The position numbers and the translations under genes are program-made. The notes beneath the pieces are model-generated. The model was not told where the DNA came from and did no database searches. It saw nothing but the letters and a program-made list of their open reading frames with translations. Of a stretch of 64,000 nt of DNA, positions 24,077-34,700 are shown in pieces. The DNA is from Selaginella moellendorffii (lineage: Eukaryota > Plantae > Lycopodiophyta), in contig NW_003314261.1 in NCBI RefSeq assembly GCF_000143415.4, positions 6,413,729 to 6,477,728 of the forward strand, written 5' to 3'. How positions within the stretch are numbered: position 1 is the stretch's first letter; each line of letters begins with the position of its first letter.

Positions 24077-24786
24077 TTCCTGGTCCCTCGATAGAGAAAA
24101 GGGGGATTTCTCTTATCTAGCAGCGAAATTGGAAAAACTATTCTTTCTCGATGGATTCGAGAAGCAAAGAGCTGATCCGGTTGATTCCAATCCACTCCAA
24201 AGCACAGAGAAATTTCTTGTAGACTTGTAGGCTTGCGATTGAGCGCGCGAGTCATTCAATTCTTCTAGCGATAACTAAACTTTATAGCGCGATCCCTTAA
24301 ATAAAAACAAAGATTCTCGCGTTTGAAAGAGGGGATTGAATTGAAGCAGTCGCAATCTCACACCAAAGTGAAAGTCGCAGGGACAAATTCAACGCGCTAG
24401 AGATTCAATCGAGCAAGCGAAGAGTAGCAATCCCGGCGGTTCTACAGGGGAGAGTTAAAGGAATGGAGCAGCAACGTTTTAACGTTCCAGCTAACGCAGC
24501 GTGTCGATTGAATGCGTCAAAGTGGCGCCCTCTCTTTTTCTGCTGGGCAGGTTCCAGTCAATGCCGCAAGAAAAGCTGGCGGTTTGGCCGTCTCCATGGA
24601 TCCACTGACAGACACGGAGCTTCCCAACCCCGTCGACTTTGCTCACAACTTCGGACGTGTTCATGTCGCGGACACTTACAAGTGGATCTCGCACCAGGAG
24701 CTTCCAAGAGCTTCGATCACAGTACTCTAGCAACTTTCCAGCGCTGGATCTGACTCAGCATTGCCTCTCTTTTTGCAACATCTCGA

Positions 24787-25010
24787 GTACATCACTTCAT
24801 TGTTGTGACGATCTGAGCATTCATTCTGCTATCTCTGTGACTGTGAGAGGTGCACTTCCACCCTGGGCTGATGCTGCAGCTTAAGGGCTCCCACCAAATG
24901 CACAAACCGCAACAGTGGAGCAGTATTAGCCCTGGGTAGAATCGCACCTCTTACAGTCAGAGAGATGGCAGAATGAATGCTCGTATCATCACAGCAGTGA
25001 AGTGATGTAC
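24787..25010 (+). ncRNA. Long imperfect inverted repeat; candidate MIRNA/hairpin-RNA precursor
   Basis: Arms 24787-24877 and 24920-25010 pair over ~90 bp, and several arm differences are G:U-compatible on the + strand. Confidence 0.7.
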
Positions 25011-25259
25011 ATGGGCGACCAAATGTTCTTCAACTAGACTTCAACTGGATCAAAAAATGTCACTGAAATTGGCACCATGGCAGTGGAGATGATCAACACC
25101 TCCAACGCAGTCTTCACCATGAGAGATCAACTATGCCAAAGACTGCTCCAAGGGAGAACAACTCTACCACCTTTACTGACTTGGAGCCCAGTTTGCATTC
25201 TTTTCTTTTTTTTCCGTAACGTATGGGCTTTCTCTTTAGGGTTTCGTGATCTGGTGGCT

Positions 25260-26668
25260 ATGGCGCTCGCGTTCGGAGGTGAGATCTACCTTGATCTCCT
25301 GGGAATCGGGCTGAGAGTATCAAATTTTGCAGCTCAGACAGCGGTAGTGTTGTGCTCCACGCCGGCATTTTCGTCCCGGGTCACGATTTGCTGCCAGCGG
25401 CGGAATTCCGTGGTTGTCACCCGGGAGCGCGGCAAGAATGACAAGCTTATCAAAGCACTGGTGAGTTCTTCTTTGTTTCTGTGCTTATGAGAGAATTTGG
25501 AGCGAGAGGAGGAGATTTATTGGGTGTGGTTTGTTTGACGCATCACACCAAACGTTCTCTTTGATTTCTTTTTTTTTTCTTTATCAGCGTAATCACCAAA
25601 TAGAATGTTTGGAGCTCCCTTTGATAGAACACACTCCCGGTCCTGATTTACATCGATTGGCACTGACATTGCAAGGTGAGATATCTCTCCGAGTTTTCCT
25701 TTTAACGAAACAAAATTGTATGACAACTTAGAACGATCTTTCCAATGGATTGTGGTGACATCACCAGAGGCTGCTGCTGTCTTTGCAAATGAATGGAAGT
25801 AAATCATCAGCGAAAGCTCTTCTTGTTCTTGTTCTTGTTCCTCTCTTTTTTTTTCGATTTGAGTTTTTTTATTCACGTATTTGTTTTGTGGCCAAACAGG
25901 AACGCAGGCTGTCCCAAAGTCAAAGTGGCGGTTGTTGGTGACGGCACCAAGCAAGCGTTCCGTGACACAGTCAGTCAGCCAAACTTTGAAGTTGGATTCG
26001 TCTCCTCCCAAGGTATTCTAGAAGCGAAGCAGAGAATGTTAATGACATCTAAGAAGCTCTTCCAGAATCTTGACTCTTTTCCAATCCTCCAGCAACCGCT
26101 AAAGTTCTCGCGGAGGAGCTCCCAAAGCCGGACGGCGGCCAGTCCTTGGAAGTTCTCTATCCAGCATCACTAAAAGCCAGTGACGATCTTGGTAAAACGA
26201 GAAAATCTTTCTCGATCTTTATTCGTCACTGTATCTTTGTCTTCCAGCAAATGGACTATCTCACCGCGGTTTCAAGGTGTGCCGGCTCAACACGTACTCC
26301 ACTGTAAGCTTGCATTTTATTTGTCTTCTCGTTTCTATTTCTTATCACTTGTCTATGCCAGGAATCTGTGAAAGTCCTTCCAGAGAGTGATGTCCAAATG
26401 GCACTACGGGCCTCCGTCGTAGCCTTTGCTTCTCCCACCGCTGTCAAGTAAGCCAAACTAGAAAACTCCAAAGCTCAAAAAAAAGTGTTTGTCAAACAGG
26501 GCGTGGATGGAGCTCGTTGCGAAAACACACGACTGGAATGGAGCGGCGGCTTGTATTGGAGGCACGTCTGCCGCTGCTGCAAGGAAAGCCGGCATGGAAA
26601 AAATTTTCTACGCTCACAATCCTGGAATTGACGGGTAAGTTGGCCCCTTTTTTCTGTTTTTTTTTTCT

Positions 26669-26704
<36 letters not shown>

Positions 26705-26799
26705 TTTCTTTTCTTCAGGAGTTCTCAGAAATTTGCTTTCGCAGCTGGGTTGAGAGCGTTTTGGAGGCGCTAAAAAATGTATCTCCGGTGGCAACTTAA
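25260..26799 (+). CDS. UROS: Uroporphyrinogen-III synthase (HemD), plastid-targeted, multi-exon
   Basis: VVVTRERGKNDKLIKAL, LELPLIEH, WIVVTSPEAA, VLYPASLKA, RLNTYST, ASPTAV, ACIGGTSA and PGIDGWVESVLEAL. Confidence 0.92.
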
Positions 26800-26870
26800 G
26801 TGTCCTTTTGCATCAAAGCGCGAATGCTTTGTCCAAGCATAGATTCTCGACGCGTTTGCTAACATCGTGC

Positions 26871-26943
26871 GACTCCATGGCCCAATGGATAAGGCGCTGG
26901 TCTACGGAACCAGAGATTCTGGGTTCGATCCCCAGTGGAGTCG
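26871..26943 (+). tRNA. tRNA-Arg(ACG)
   Basis: 73-nt cloverleaf: GACTCCA/TGGAGTC acceptor stem, CTGGT-CTACGGA-ACCAG anticodon arm, GGTTCGATCC T-loop, and a downstream T-run. Confidence 0.96.
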
Positions 26944-27067
26944 ATTAAGCTTTGATCTTTATTTTTTCTTCTCTCTCTTTAAACGCTAGTTTTGTGCGTC
27001 TTCGTGTTTGAAGTTTCTCTCTTTTTGAAGCTTTTCTGTCTTTATTTTTTCTTCTCTCTTTTGCGGC

Positions 27068-27937
27068 ATGAGTTTAACGCTAGTTTTGTGCGTCCTGTTC
27101 TTCGTTTCAGTCGATGCTGGTGGCGGCGAATGGGACCAAGTTAGCAGCCTCGAGGATCTGGACGCTTCCAAGTTCAAGGAATTCGTGTCTCCCATCGTCC
27201 AGGTAGCAGCCAACACTTACAGGTATCCAATGCTCAAGCCCCTCGCTGGATGGATCCCAGCTCCCACTGTGGAGCCGCTCGCTCCAAGCTTCGGTGCTCA
27301 CGCTCTCGTCTACCAGAAGAAGAACAGCAGTGGTGGAGCTCTCATCGTTGCCTTCCGAGGAACGGACCTCTCGAGCCGAGCAGATCTGTGCGCTGATAAA
27401 GTTCTCTTCAATGACAGCCTCCTCGACACCAGTTGCGACGACTTCTCCAGCGAAACTCTCGACTACTTCTCCCAGGCAGTGAGCTACACCCGCAAAGTCT
27501 TGGATGCCAATCCTGGAGCACCAGTTCTTCTCACGGGACACAGCCTGGGAGCCGCTCTCGCGATTCTCGTCTCGGCTCACTTCTCCGCCAGCGGCAACGT
27601 CATTCCAGTCGTGAGCTTCAGCGCGCCTCCCATGGCCAGAGTTCTCGAGAGAAGATCGCTGGATCTGGGAGCTGCCAAGGAGAGGAAAGTTTACGCTGTT
27701 GGTGATGAGTGGGACTTTATCATGTGGCCAGCGAGGAACCAAGTTGGAGTTTTGTGCTTGTACGAGACTGTGCGGCCTTCCCAGTGCCAGAATTGTCACT
27801 CCATCAAGACCGACCACTGCTTCCAGTGCTTCGTGAAGACTCATTTCATGAAGCATGTCATCTTTCTGGTGGAGAAGAGCGTCAAAAAACCTCTTTGCAG
27901 GGACCTGGGAGTGAGTCTGGTCAGCGAAATCCGATAG
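27068..27937 (+). CDS. Secreted class-3 lipase-like alpha/beta hydrolase, intronless
   Basis: Signal peptide, IVAFRGT, LTGHSLG nucleophile elbow, downstream Asp/His, Cys-rich tail. Confidence 0.88.
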   Translation: MSLTLVLCVLFFVSVDAGGGEWDQVSSLEDLDASKFKEFVSPIVQVAANTYRYPMLKPLAGWIPAPTVEPLAPSFGAHALVYQKKNSSGGALIVAFRGTDLSSRADLCADKVLFNDSLLDTSCDDFSSETLDYFSQAVSYTRKVLDANPGAPVLLTGHSLGAALAILVSAHFSASGNVIPVVSFSAPPMARVLERRSLDLGAAKERKVYAVGDEWDFIMWPARNQVGVLCLYETVRPSQCQNCHSIKTDHCFQCFVKTHFMKHVIFLVEKSVKKPLCRDLGVSLVSEIR

Positions 27938-27978
27938 TGTGAAAAAGACTAGCTACCTCTGGCTAATGCATAGAAAGG

Positions 27979-29668
27979 CTAGTTTTTCAATGGTGCTTTC
28001 TTTTCTCTGTCGGAAATTCTCGCCGGTGCATTGGAATGCGATTTAAATCTCCCCCTGGCTCCATCTTCCTCGGTCTCCTGCTTAAAAACCGGGAGCTTAG
28101 CCAACTCGAAAGACATAAAGAGAGCAAAGCTCACCTTTTTCTTCACTATCTGGACAACGTCTTCGTCTTGGAGGACATGCGTCACTCCACAGCGCTGTGG
28201 ATAATGCTTGGCGCTTGTCCCCCACACGAGCACATACTTCACGTCTTTGAGTAAGCTGCGATGGATATGGTTGCAAAAATCTTCCACACAGCAACCGCCT
28301 CGATCCTGCAGGCCCATAAGATCGCTGAAACGTCGGCGAATAACTCATGGACTTACCGTTGACAACACAACGGGCTCCGAGAAATCTGGTTGCTGACCTT
28401 GAGGCTTCGTATAAACTCTTACAAGACCCATGGCCTCCCACATTTTTGCGAGTAGTCGATCCAGGTTTAGCTGTAGGAGTGGAAGTTAAGCTCGTCCAGG
28501 GAAAGAAAAAACTAAAACTTTCACTTCTCTCACCTTCAAGTTGCAGCTGATGACGATGGAGTTTGGCTTTCTGGACAATCGATCCACATCGTCAATGCCA
28601 ACAACGTCGATTTTGTTGTAGACATAGACGCATTTGATATATTTCCTGTTTCCCTCTATAACGTCGATGAAGTCATCCACCGTCGCGTCCTCCCGGAACA
28701 AAACCTGATGAGGAAGAGAAAATGGAAGATGTTATCGGTTTGAAAGCCACAAACATACCTCAGCGTTATGAATCTTATACTCGTGGAGTATCTGGTAGCA
28801 GAGCTTCTCGTCAATATGAGATAAAGGCACAGTTGTGTTGAAAGCAATTCCTCCGGTTTTTTTCCTTTTGAAATAAATCTACCACATGAAAAACACAATG
28901 AACACAAGAGACTGCACGGTACTGCAAACTTACCAAAGGAGGTCTTTTGTTTAAACGCAGACCAACAGCCTCTAGCTCCCTCGTGAGAATTTGTCTATGC
29001 CCTTCACTCTGTGAAGCATTTTCAGAGTAAAGAAACTTGAATCAGACATGGCAGTTTACCTTTGAAGCGTCCAAGACCATCAAAACCAGATCAGAGGACT
29101 TAGCAACAGCGATAACCTGCAAGTATGGACGTTAGCAGCTGTGGAACTTTTCTCTAAAAAACGAAGATCACCTGACGCCCACGGCCTTTCCCTTCAGAAG
29201 CACCTTCGATAATCCCCGGAAGATCCAAAAGTTGGATCTTTGCATCGTTGTACAAAATGATTCCAGGAATGCACGTCAGTGTCGTGAACTCGTAAGATGC
29301 TGCTTCGGAGTGTGTCCCAGTAAGCATTGTTAGCAGCGTCGATTTTCCAACACTGCAAGGAGAAAGAAGAAAACTCGACTCAAGGAAAGAAAAAAGAGAT
29401 TTTTTCACCTTGGAAAGCCAATGAGAGCAACGCGACCATGGCCAAATTTCGTGACTTCAAATCCATCGCCGCCAGCGCTGGATCCCTTTGGAGGCTCCAG
29501 GAGCTGAGTCCTCAGCTTCGCAAGCTTGGCCTTGAGCTGCCCCAAGTGATACTCTGGAGAAATTCAAACATAAGAGAAATTTCACTAGAATGCGGTACCT
29601 GTGGCCTTGTTCTTCTGCGTCCTGGCCATCTCGGCCTCGATCTCTTTGATTTTCTCGATGATGCCCAT
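27979..29668 (-). CDS. DRG: Developmentally regulated GTP-binding protein (DRG2 subfamily), multi-exon
   Basis: [57 protein letters not shown] domain, and C-terminal [13 protein letters not shown]. Confidence 0.95.
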
Positions 29669-29831
29669 CGCGATCGAAAGGAGGAATCACTGTAGGCGAT
29701 GAATCGTGAGTGCCAGGAGGACGAATTTGTGCCGCGCAGCGCTAGGGCAGAATTTAGGGTTTATGATAAGTGAGAAAGTAAGATTCCTTTTACATTGCCA
29801 CCTTGGATACATTTTTAGGGTTCTTGAGAGA

Positions 29832-31193
29832 ATGGAGGATCCGCATACTACCTTCCATAAGCAGCTTCCGGTGGCAACTCTCAAGCAGACCATGAAGATG
29901 CCCTATCCCGAAGTCCCTGATGCTGTCAAGAAGAGGTTGGTTAATGAGGTGCTAGCACCGCTTGGCGAGTTGATGCATCGCGGCGGCTATAGTGTGAGGA
30001 GCTGGGACATCCCAGCGGTCATGGATTCGTGGTTTGAGCAGCTGCCCGATCAATCCGATCCCACCGGCTCGTTCTTTAGGATCTATGGCTGGAACTACCT
30101 CTTCTACATGGTAAAAGTTTTCTGCGGTGAAGGCGAAAGCTTTGGATCCCTCCAATCGGGCACCATCGCGAGGCCGGAAGGATGTCTGTTTCGCCATGGC
30201 TTGGACGCTCCGGTGGTGCTCTTCCTGCTCGACTTCTTCAACCTGCCCGAGAAGCTGGAGCTCGTGCAAGACCGGCTCGTCAACTACATGGAGATAACGG
30301 GAGCTCGCGTCGGGGTGCTCACGAATCTCAGCTCGTCGTGGCCGTGCTATCGAGCTGCCGCGGATGAGCTCCTGGTCTCGCCGCGCGTGGATAATCCGCT
30401 CATGGCGTTCGGCTTCGCGATGGAGGTGGCGAGGAGCTTGCATGGACTGCCACTGCTGACGCCGGAAGTGAGGAGCTTGCTGCCTAAGCTCGACTACTCT
30501 CCAGTCCTGGAGATCCTGGGGCACGTGTGCAAGCAGAGCAACATCGATCCACGCAAGATCGTCGACAAGGCAGTCACGGACGACGGATTCAAGTTCGAGG
30601 ATCTGAGCGACGTGGAGACGCTGCCGCTGCATCGCTGTGGGAACACTAACCGCACGGTGGTGGCCGTTCGAGCAAAGTACGCTGGACAGGACGTGGTGGT
30701 GAAGATCAGGGACTTGACGAGTCAGTTCAGGGCCGGTACCAATCTCGCTCTGTCCAGGCTTGCCCTGGAGGTGGATTGCTACATGAAGCTCAGGCACATA
30801 CAGGGGTCTGCGGTTCCCAAGCTTCTGTCGTGGGGGTTCCTCAAGGGGGCGATGTTCGTCTTCGTTATGATGAGCGACGGTGGCATCAGCGAGCTGGAGC
30901 AGTGGTCCAATCCTTCCAAGGCCATTTTCAGCGACCAGGAGGAGACTCTGAGACAGGCGATGGAGTGCTTGCGCGAGATTCACAAGCGGGGGATTGCCAT
31001 CTACGACATGAACACGTCCAAGGTTGTGAGCAAAGTGGACGAGGCTGGGAAGCTCCGTGTTAAGCTGGTTGGATTTGGCAGAGCCCGAGTTACGCAGGTT
31101 TTGTCTCAAGAGTGGTATGAAGCTACTGCCCGTGACCTTGCCCTGCTCAAGAAAGCGTGCCATGAACTGAAGAAAAATTCCGAGAAGTTCTAG
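29832..31193 (+). CDS. Intronless protein with degenerate REase-like N-terminal region and atypical (pseudo)kinase domain
   Basis: VVVK, E..Y..L..IQG..VPKLL, L.EIH.RG, YDMNTSK catalytic loop and GFG in place of DFG. N-terminal RPE...LVNYM....RVGVLTN..W. First ATG in good context at 29832. Confidence 0.7.
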   Translation: MEDPHTTFHKQLPVATLKQTMKMPYPEVPDAVKKRLVNEVLAPLGELMHRGGYSVRSWDIPAVMDSWFEQLPDQSDPTGSFFRIYGWNYLFYMVKVFCGEGESFGSLQSGTIARPEGCLFRHGLDAPVVLFLLDFFNLPEKLELVQDRLVNYMEITGARVGVLTNLSSSWPCYRAAADELLVSPRVDNPLMAFGFAMEVARSLHGLPLLTPEVRSLLPKLDYSPVLEILGHVCKQSNIDPRKIVDKAVTDDGFKFEDLSDVETLPLHRCGNTNRTVVAVRAKYAGQDVVVKIRDLTSQFRAGTNLALSRLALEVDCYMKLRHIQGSAVPKLLSWGFLKGAMFVFVMMSDGGISELEQWSNPSKAIFSDQEETLRQAMECLREIHKRGIAIYDMNTSKVVSKVDEAGKLRVKLVGFGRARVTQVLSQEWYEATARDLALLKKACHELKKNSEKF

Positions 31194-31758
31194 CTTCTAT
31201 TAAAAAAAGTTGAAAACGCAAATCTTGAATTTTGCAAATAAATGCAATATAAATATGACAATTGGTAGTGTTTGAAAAGATTAAGAAAGAAATATATTAA
31301 AAGAAAAAATATTTTCAATTATTAATTGACAATCCACAGTGCAGATAGAAAATTCTTTGCACTCGACTCAAGTTTTCACCCTTAGTTTGCTCAGTAGGTT
31401 TTTAATAGAAAGTTGTCAGCAATTCTGGTGCATTGATGGTTTGTCTTTCAACTAGGTAATGTATGATCTCATGGTGAGGAATCCAACAATTTAGATGTAG
31501 ATATGACAAAGAGTGGTTAGATGAGTATAGGATTATTACATTTAATTAATATGATGAAGTATGGTTTGGGTTGCCAAATTTGAGCTTTGAAAGTCAATTG
31601 CCAGGGTCTTACATGAACTCTAGAAGATTATCAAGTGAGTTTTTCTTGTACACTCAGAAGAAGATTTTCAAGTACACTACAATTTTTTTTTTCTTTTTCT
31701 CTTTGTTGTTGGGCAAACGATGTCATTCTTATTAACGGATGCTAAACGACCCCGCAAT

Positions 31759-34700
31759 TTATAACTCTACAGTGTCCATTACCAGTTGCTGGAGTATTTG
31801 CTTGAAGCCCTGCATGTGCTTGGCAGCCTGTGAGCAGTGTTAATACACTTGCAGTTTTAAAACCGACTACATTCAACCAACCTTTTGGACGGCAAGAATC
31901 TTGGATTCTGCTTCGCTGAGAAGTTCTTCGCCCCTCATTTGCATTTGCGCAATCAATTTTCTCTGTGTTAGCTCTGATTCAAGAAAACACTCGTTTAGTA
32001 AAAACAAGCAACAGAGGGAAAGAGCCTACTTCGTTTTTCCGACAAGGCGTTGAGTTCGTCGTCAGTACATTCCATCTGAGTCTGGATTTGCTCTAATTGT
32101 TCGCTGTGGTGCTTGAACAAGTTGTCAAAATCTTCACAGAGCTTCTTGAAGCTCTTGGCTTTCTCTGTAAATGATATCAGAAGCGAGCCTAAACCAGGTT
32201 TGCTCCACATTAACATACCATGCAGGTCCAGTTCTATCCGACCAAGCTTGTCTCTACATTGTTGAGCATAATCATCCCTGTAGTTTAAAGGAGTTACACA
32301 ACCTTACCAACAACAAATAAAGAGCTTACGTACGTGCCCTTCTTAATCTGTAACTCAACAGAGGCTGCCTCCGATTTGATCGCCTCCGAGGTGGAAGTTA
32401 TTATATGAGCAGTTTTATCACGAACTCGAGACTGCAACTTCTTCTTGAACTTGTTCAGCATGTTCGCAAAGAGCACAACGACCCTGAAAGAAGTTTCGAT
32501 CAGTACAAATCCTGAGGTGCAAAGAATTTTTACCGATCCATGTCATCATCATCGCAGGGATCGCAAATTGGAGACTCTGGAGTAACACTGTTGTCCTTCT
32601 CAAATTTTGGACGCTTTGTTTCTGAAGCCAAATTCACGTGTTCTATGCCGCTTGTCAACTCTGCAAGTGTATACCGCCTGCGCCGCCGGGTCTTGATCTC
32701 TGTCATCTCTTTCGTGGCGCTAAACAATGGCTTGCCAAATTCAACTGGTGGTGCAGCGTCATTGCTTGGTGCTGGAGGAAGCTCCCTCTCACGGAACAGC
32801 TTGGCGGGTCTGTCATTTTCTGAGAGCTCGACTGCACATTAAACCTTAGCGATCTTAAAGACAAGTACTCCAAGATTACCTTCTACGACCATCTCTTTCG
32901 TGGCGCTAATCAATGGCTTGCCAAATTCAAGTGGTGGTGCAGCGTCATTGCTTGGTGCTGGCCTCTCACGAAACAGCTTGGCGGGTCTGTCATTTTCTGA
33001 GAGATCGACTGCACATAAAACCTTAGCGATCTTAAAGACAAGTACTCCGAGGTTACCTTCTACTACCATCTCTTTCGTGGCGCTAAACAATGGCTTGCCA
33101 AATTCAAGTGGTGCAGCGTCATTGGTTGGTGCTGGAGGAAGCTCCCTTTCACGAAACAGCTTGGCGGGTTTGTCATATTCTGAACATAAAACCTTAGCGA
33201 CAAATCGAGGATAATAATCAGAGGTTACCTTCTGCTATAATCCCTTTCGTGGCGCTAACCAATGGGTTGCCAAATTCCAGTGGTGGTGCAGCGTCATTGT
33301 TTGGTGCTGGAAGAAGCTCCCTCTCACGAAACAGCTTGGCGGGTTTGTCGTCTTCTGATAGCTCGACTGCACATGAAACCTTAACAAGAAGTCAAGAATA
33401 ATAATCAGAGGTTACCTTCTGCTATCATCTCTTTCGTGGCGCTAAACAATGGCTTAAGTGGTGCTGCAGCCTCTTTGGTTGGTCTTGGAGGAAGCTTCCT
33501 CTCACGAAACAGCTTGGCGGGTTTGTCATTTTCTGATAGCTCGACTGCACATAAAACCTTTTCCTCTGCAATGTAAAGCATTCAGCACTATCAATAGGTA
33601 CCTGATTCGCCTACCTGGCTTCTGTGTTTTAGGCGCCGCTTTCTTTCTCGGCCGACCTGCAAATAGTGCTGTTAAAGAATGATAATAAGCTGGCATCGTA
33701 GTACCTCGTGCTCTAGTGTGAATCGGGGCCTGGATCTGCCTTTGCACGCTGGGACTTCTCTCTGCCACAAGAAAAAACAGAATTACCAATGTATTACAGA
33801 ACTTCTTTGATACCTTGGATGACCTTGAGTTTCTCGATCGCTTTCTTTGTTGGTCCATCAAGCATAGCCTTCAACTTGCTACGAAGGTGGCCAACGTTTT
33901 CTTTTTCCTCAACCTCTGCTACATCGGGAATTGAATGAGAGGGTACCTCCGGCGAATGCGGAACTTTCACGTTGTCTAAGGGTAAGTCAACAGCCGCTGG
34001 CACCAAACAGGGATATTACAAAAGACCTCTACCTTTAGTGTCCGTATCAAGCCCTGGTACTACGTTGTCGATAGTCGTTGGTACAAGCACATCTACAAAT
34101 AGAAACTTGAGAATTTAGAAGAAAACCTTTCTCGGAGAAAACCGCTACCTCTTGTAGTTCTGTCGTCTGCGCAACCGGGCATGATTGGGAAGTCTGTAAT
34201 TCTTGGCAGAGGCACCGCAATTCCTATTGATGTCTTGCCCGTCCAAGGAATCTGACTACTTGATGGTGGAACTGTTGCATTTAGCGAGGACAGCCTTCCC
34301 CTGCAGCACTCATAAGCGAGCCTTGCATCTTCATCCAGGCAAAAGACTTTAGAACCGCTCATTCGATAAACCAACGCATACCTTCTGAAGAAAATCGAAA
34401 GCGTGCTATAGTTCTTGTTGGAACGGCAGCATCGTCCTGAGGCTTCCAAATAACGAGCTCCAAAGATGACGAGGAGAGCACTAAATCATCATAGCTAGCT
34501 TAGCCGTACTTGTGAGTGTAACTCACCTTTGATCTCTTTGATATTCTTAAAATCAAAATCCATTATCTCTGCAGCGCCTTCAAACTCCTGTTAAGTTTGA
34601 CCTCAGAAACAACTTTGATTGTAATTGCACTCTCTTACTTTGCTTGGTGAGTTTGTGTAGTAGCTGATATGATCCACTCCGATATGCACCCATACTTCTT

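Noticed and set aside
28430-28450. Suspected frameshift in DRG
   Set aside because: Re-reading gives an intact AKMWEAMG.
29952-31163. 403-aa antisense ORF
   Set aside because: Codon-register mirror of the kinase-like gene.
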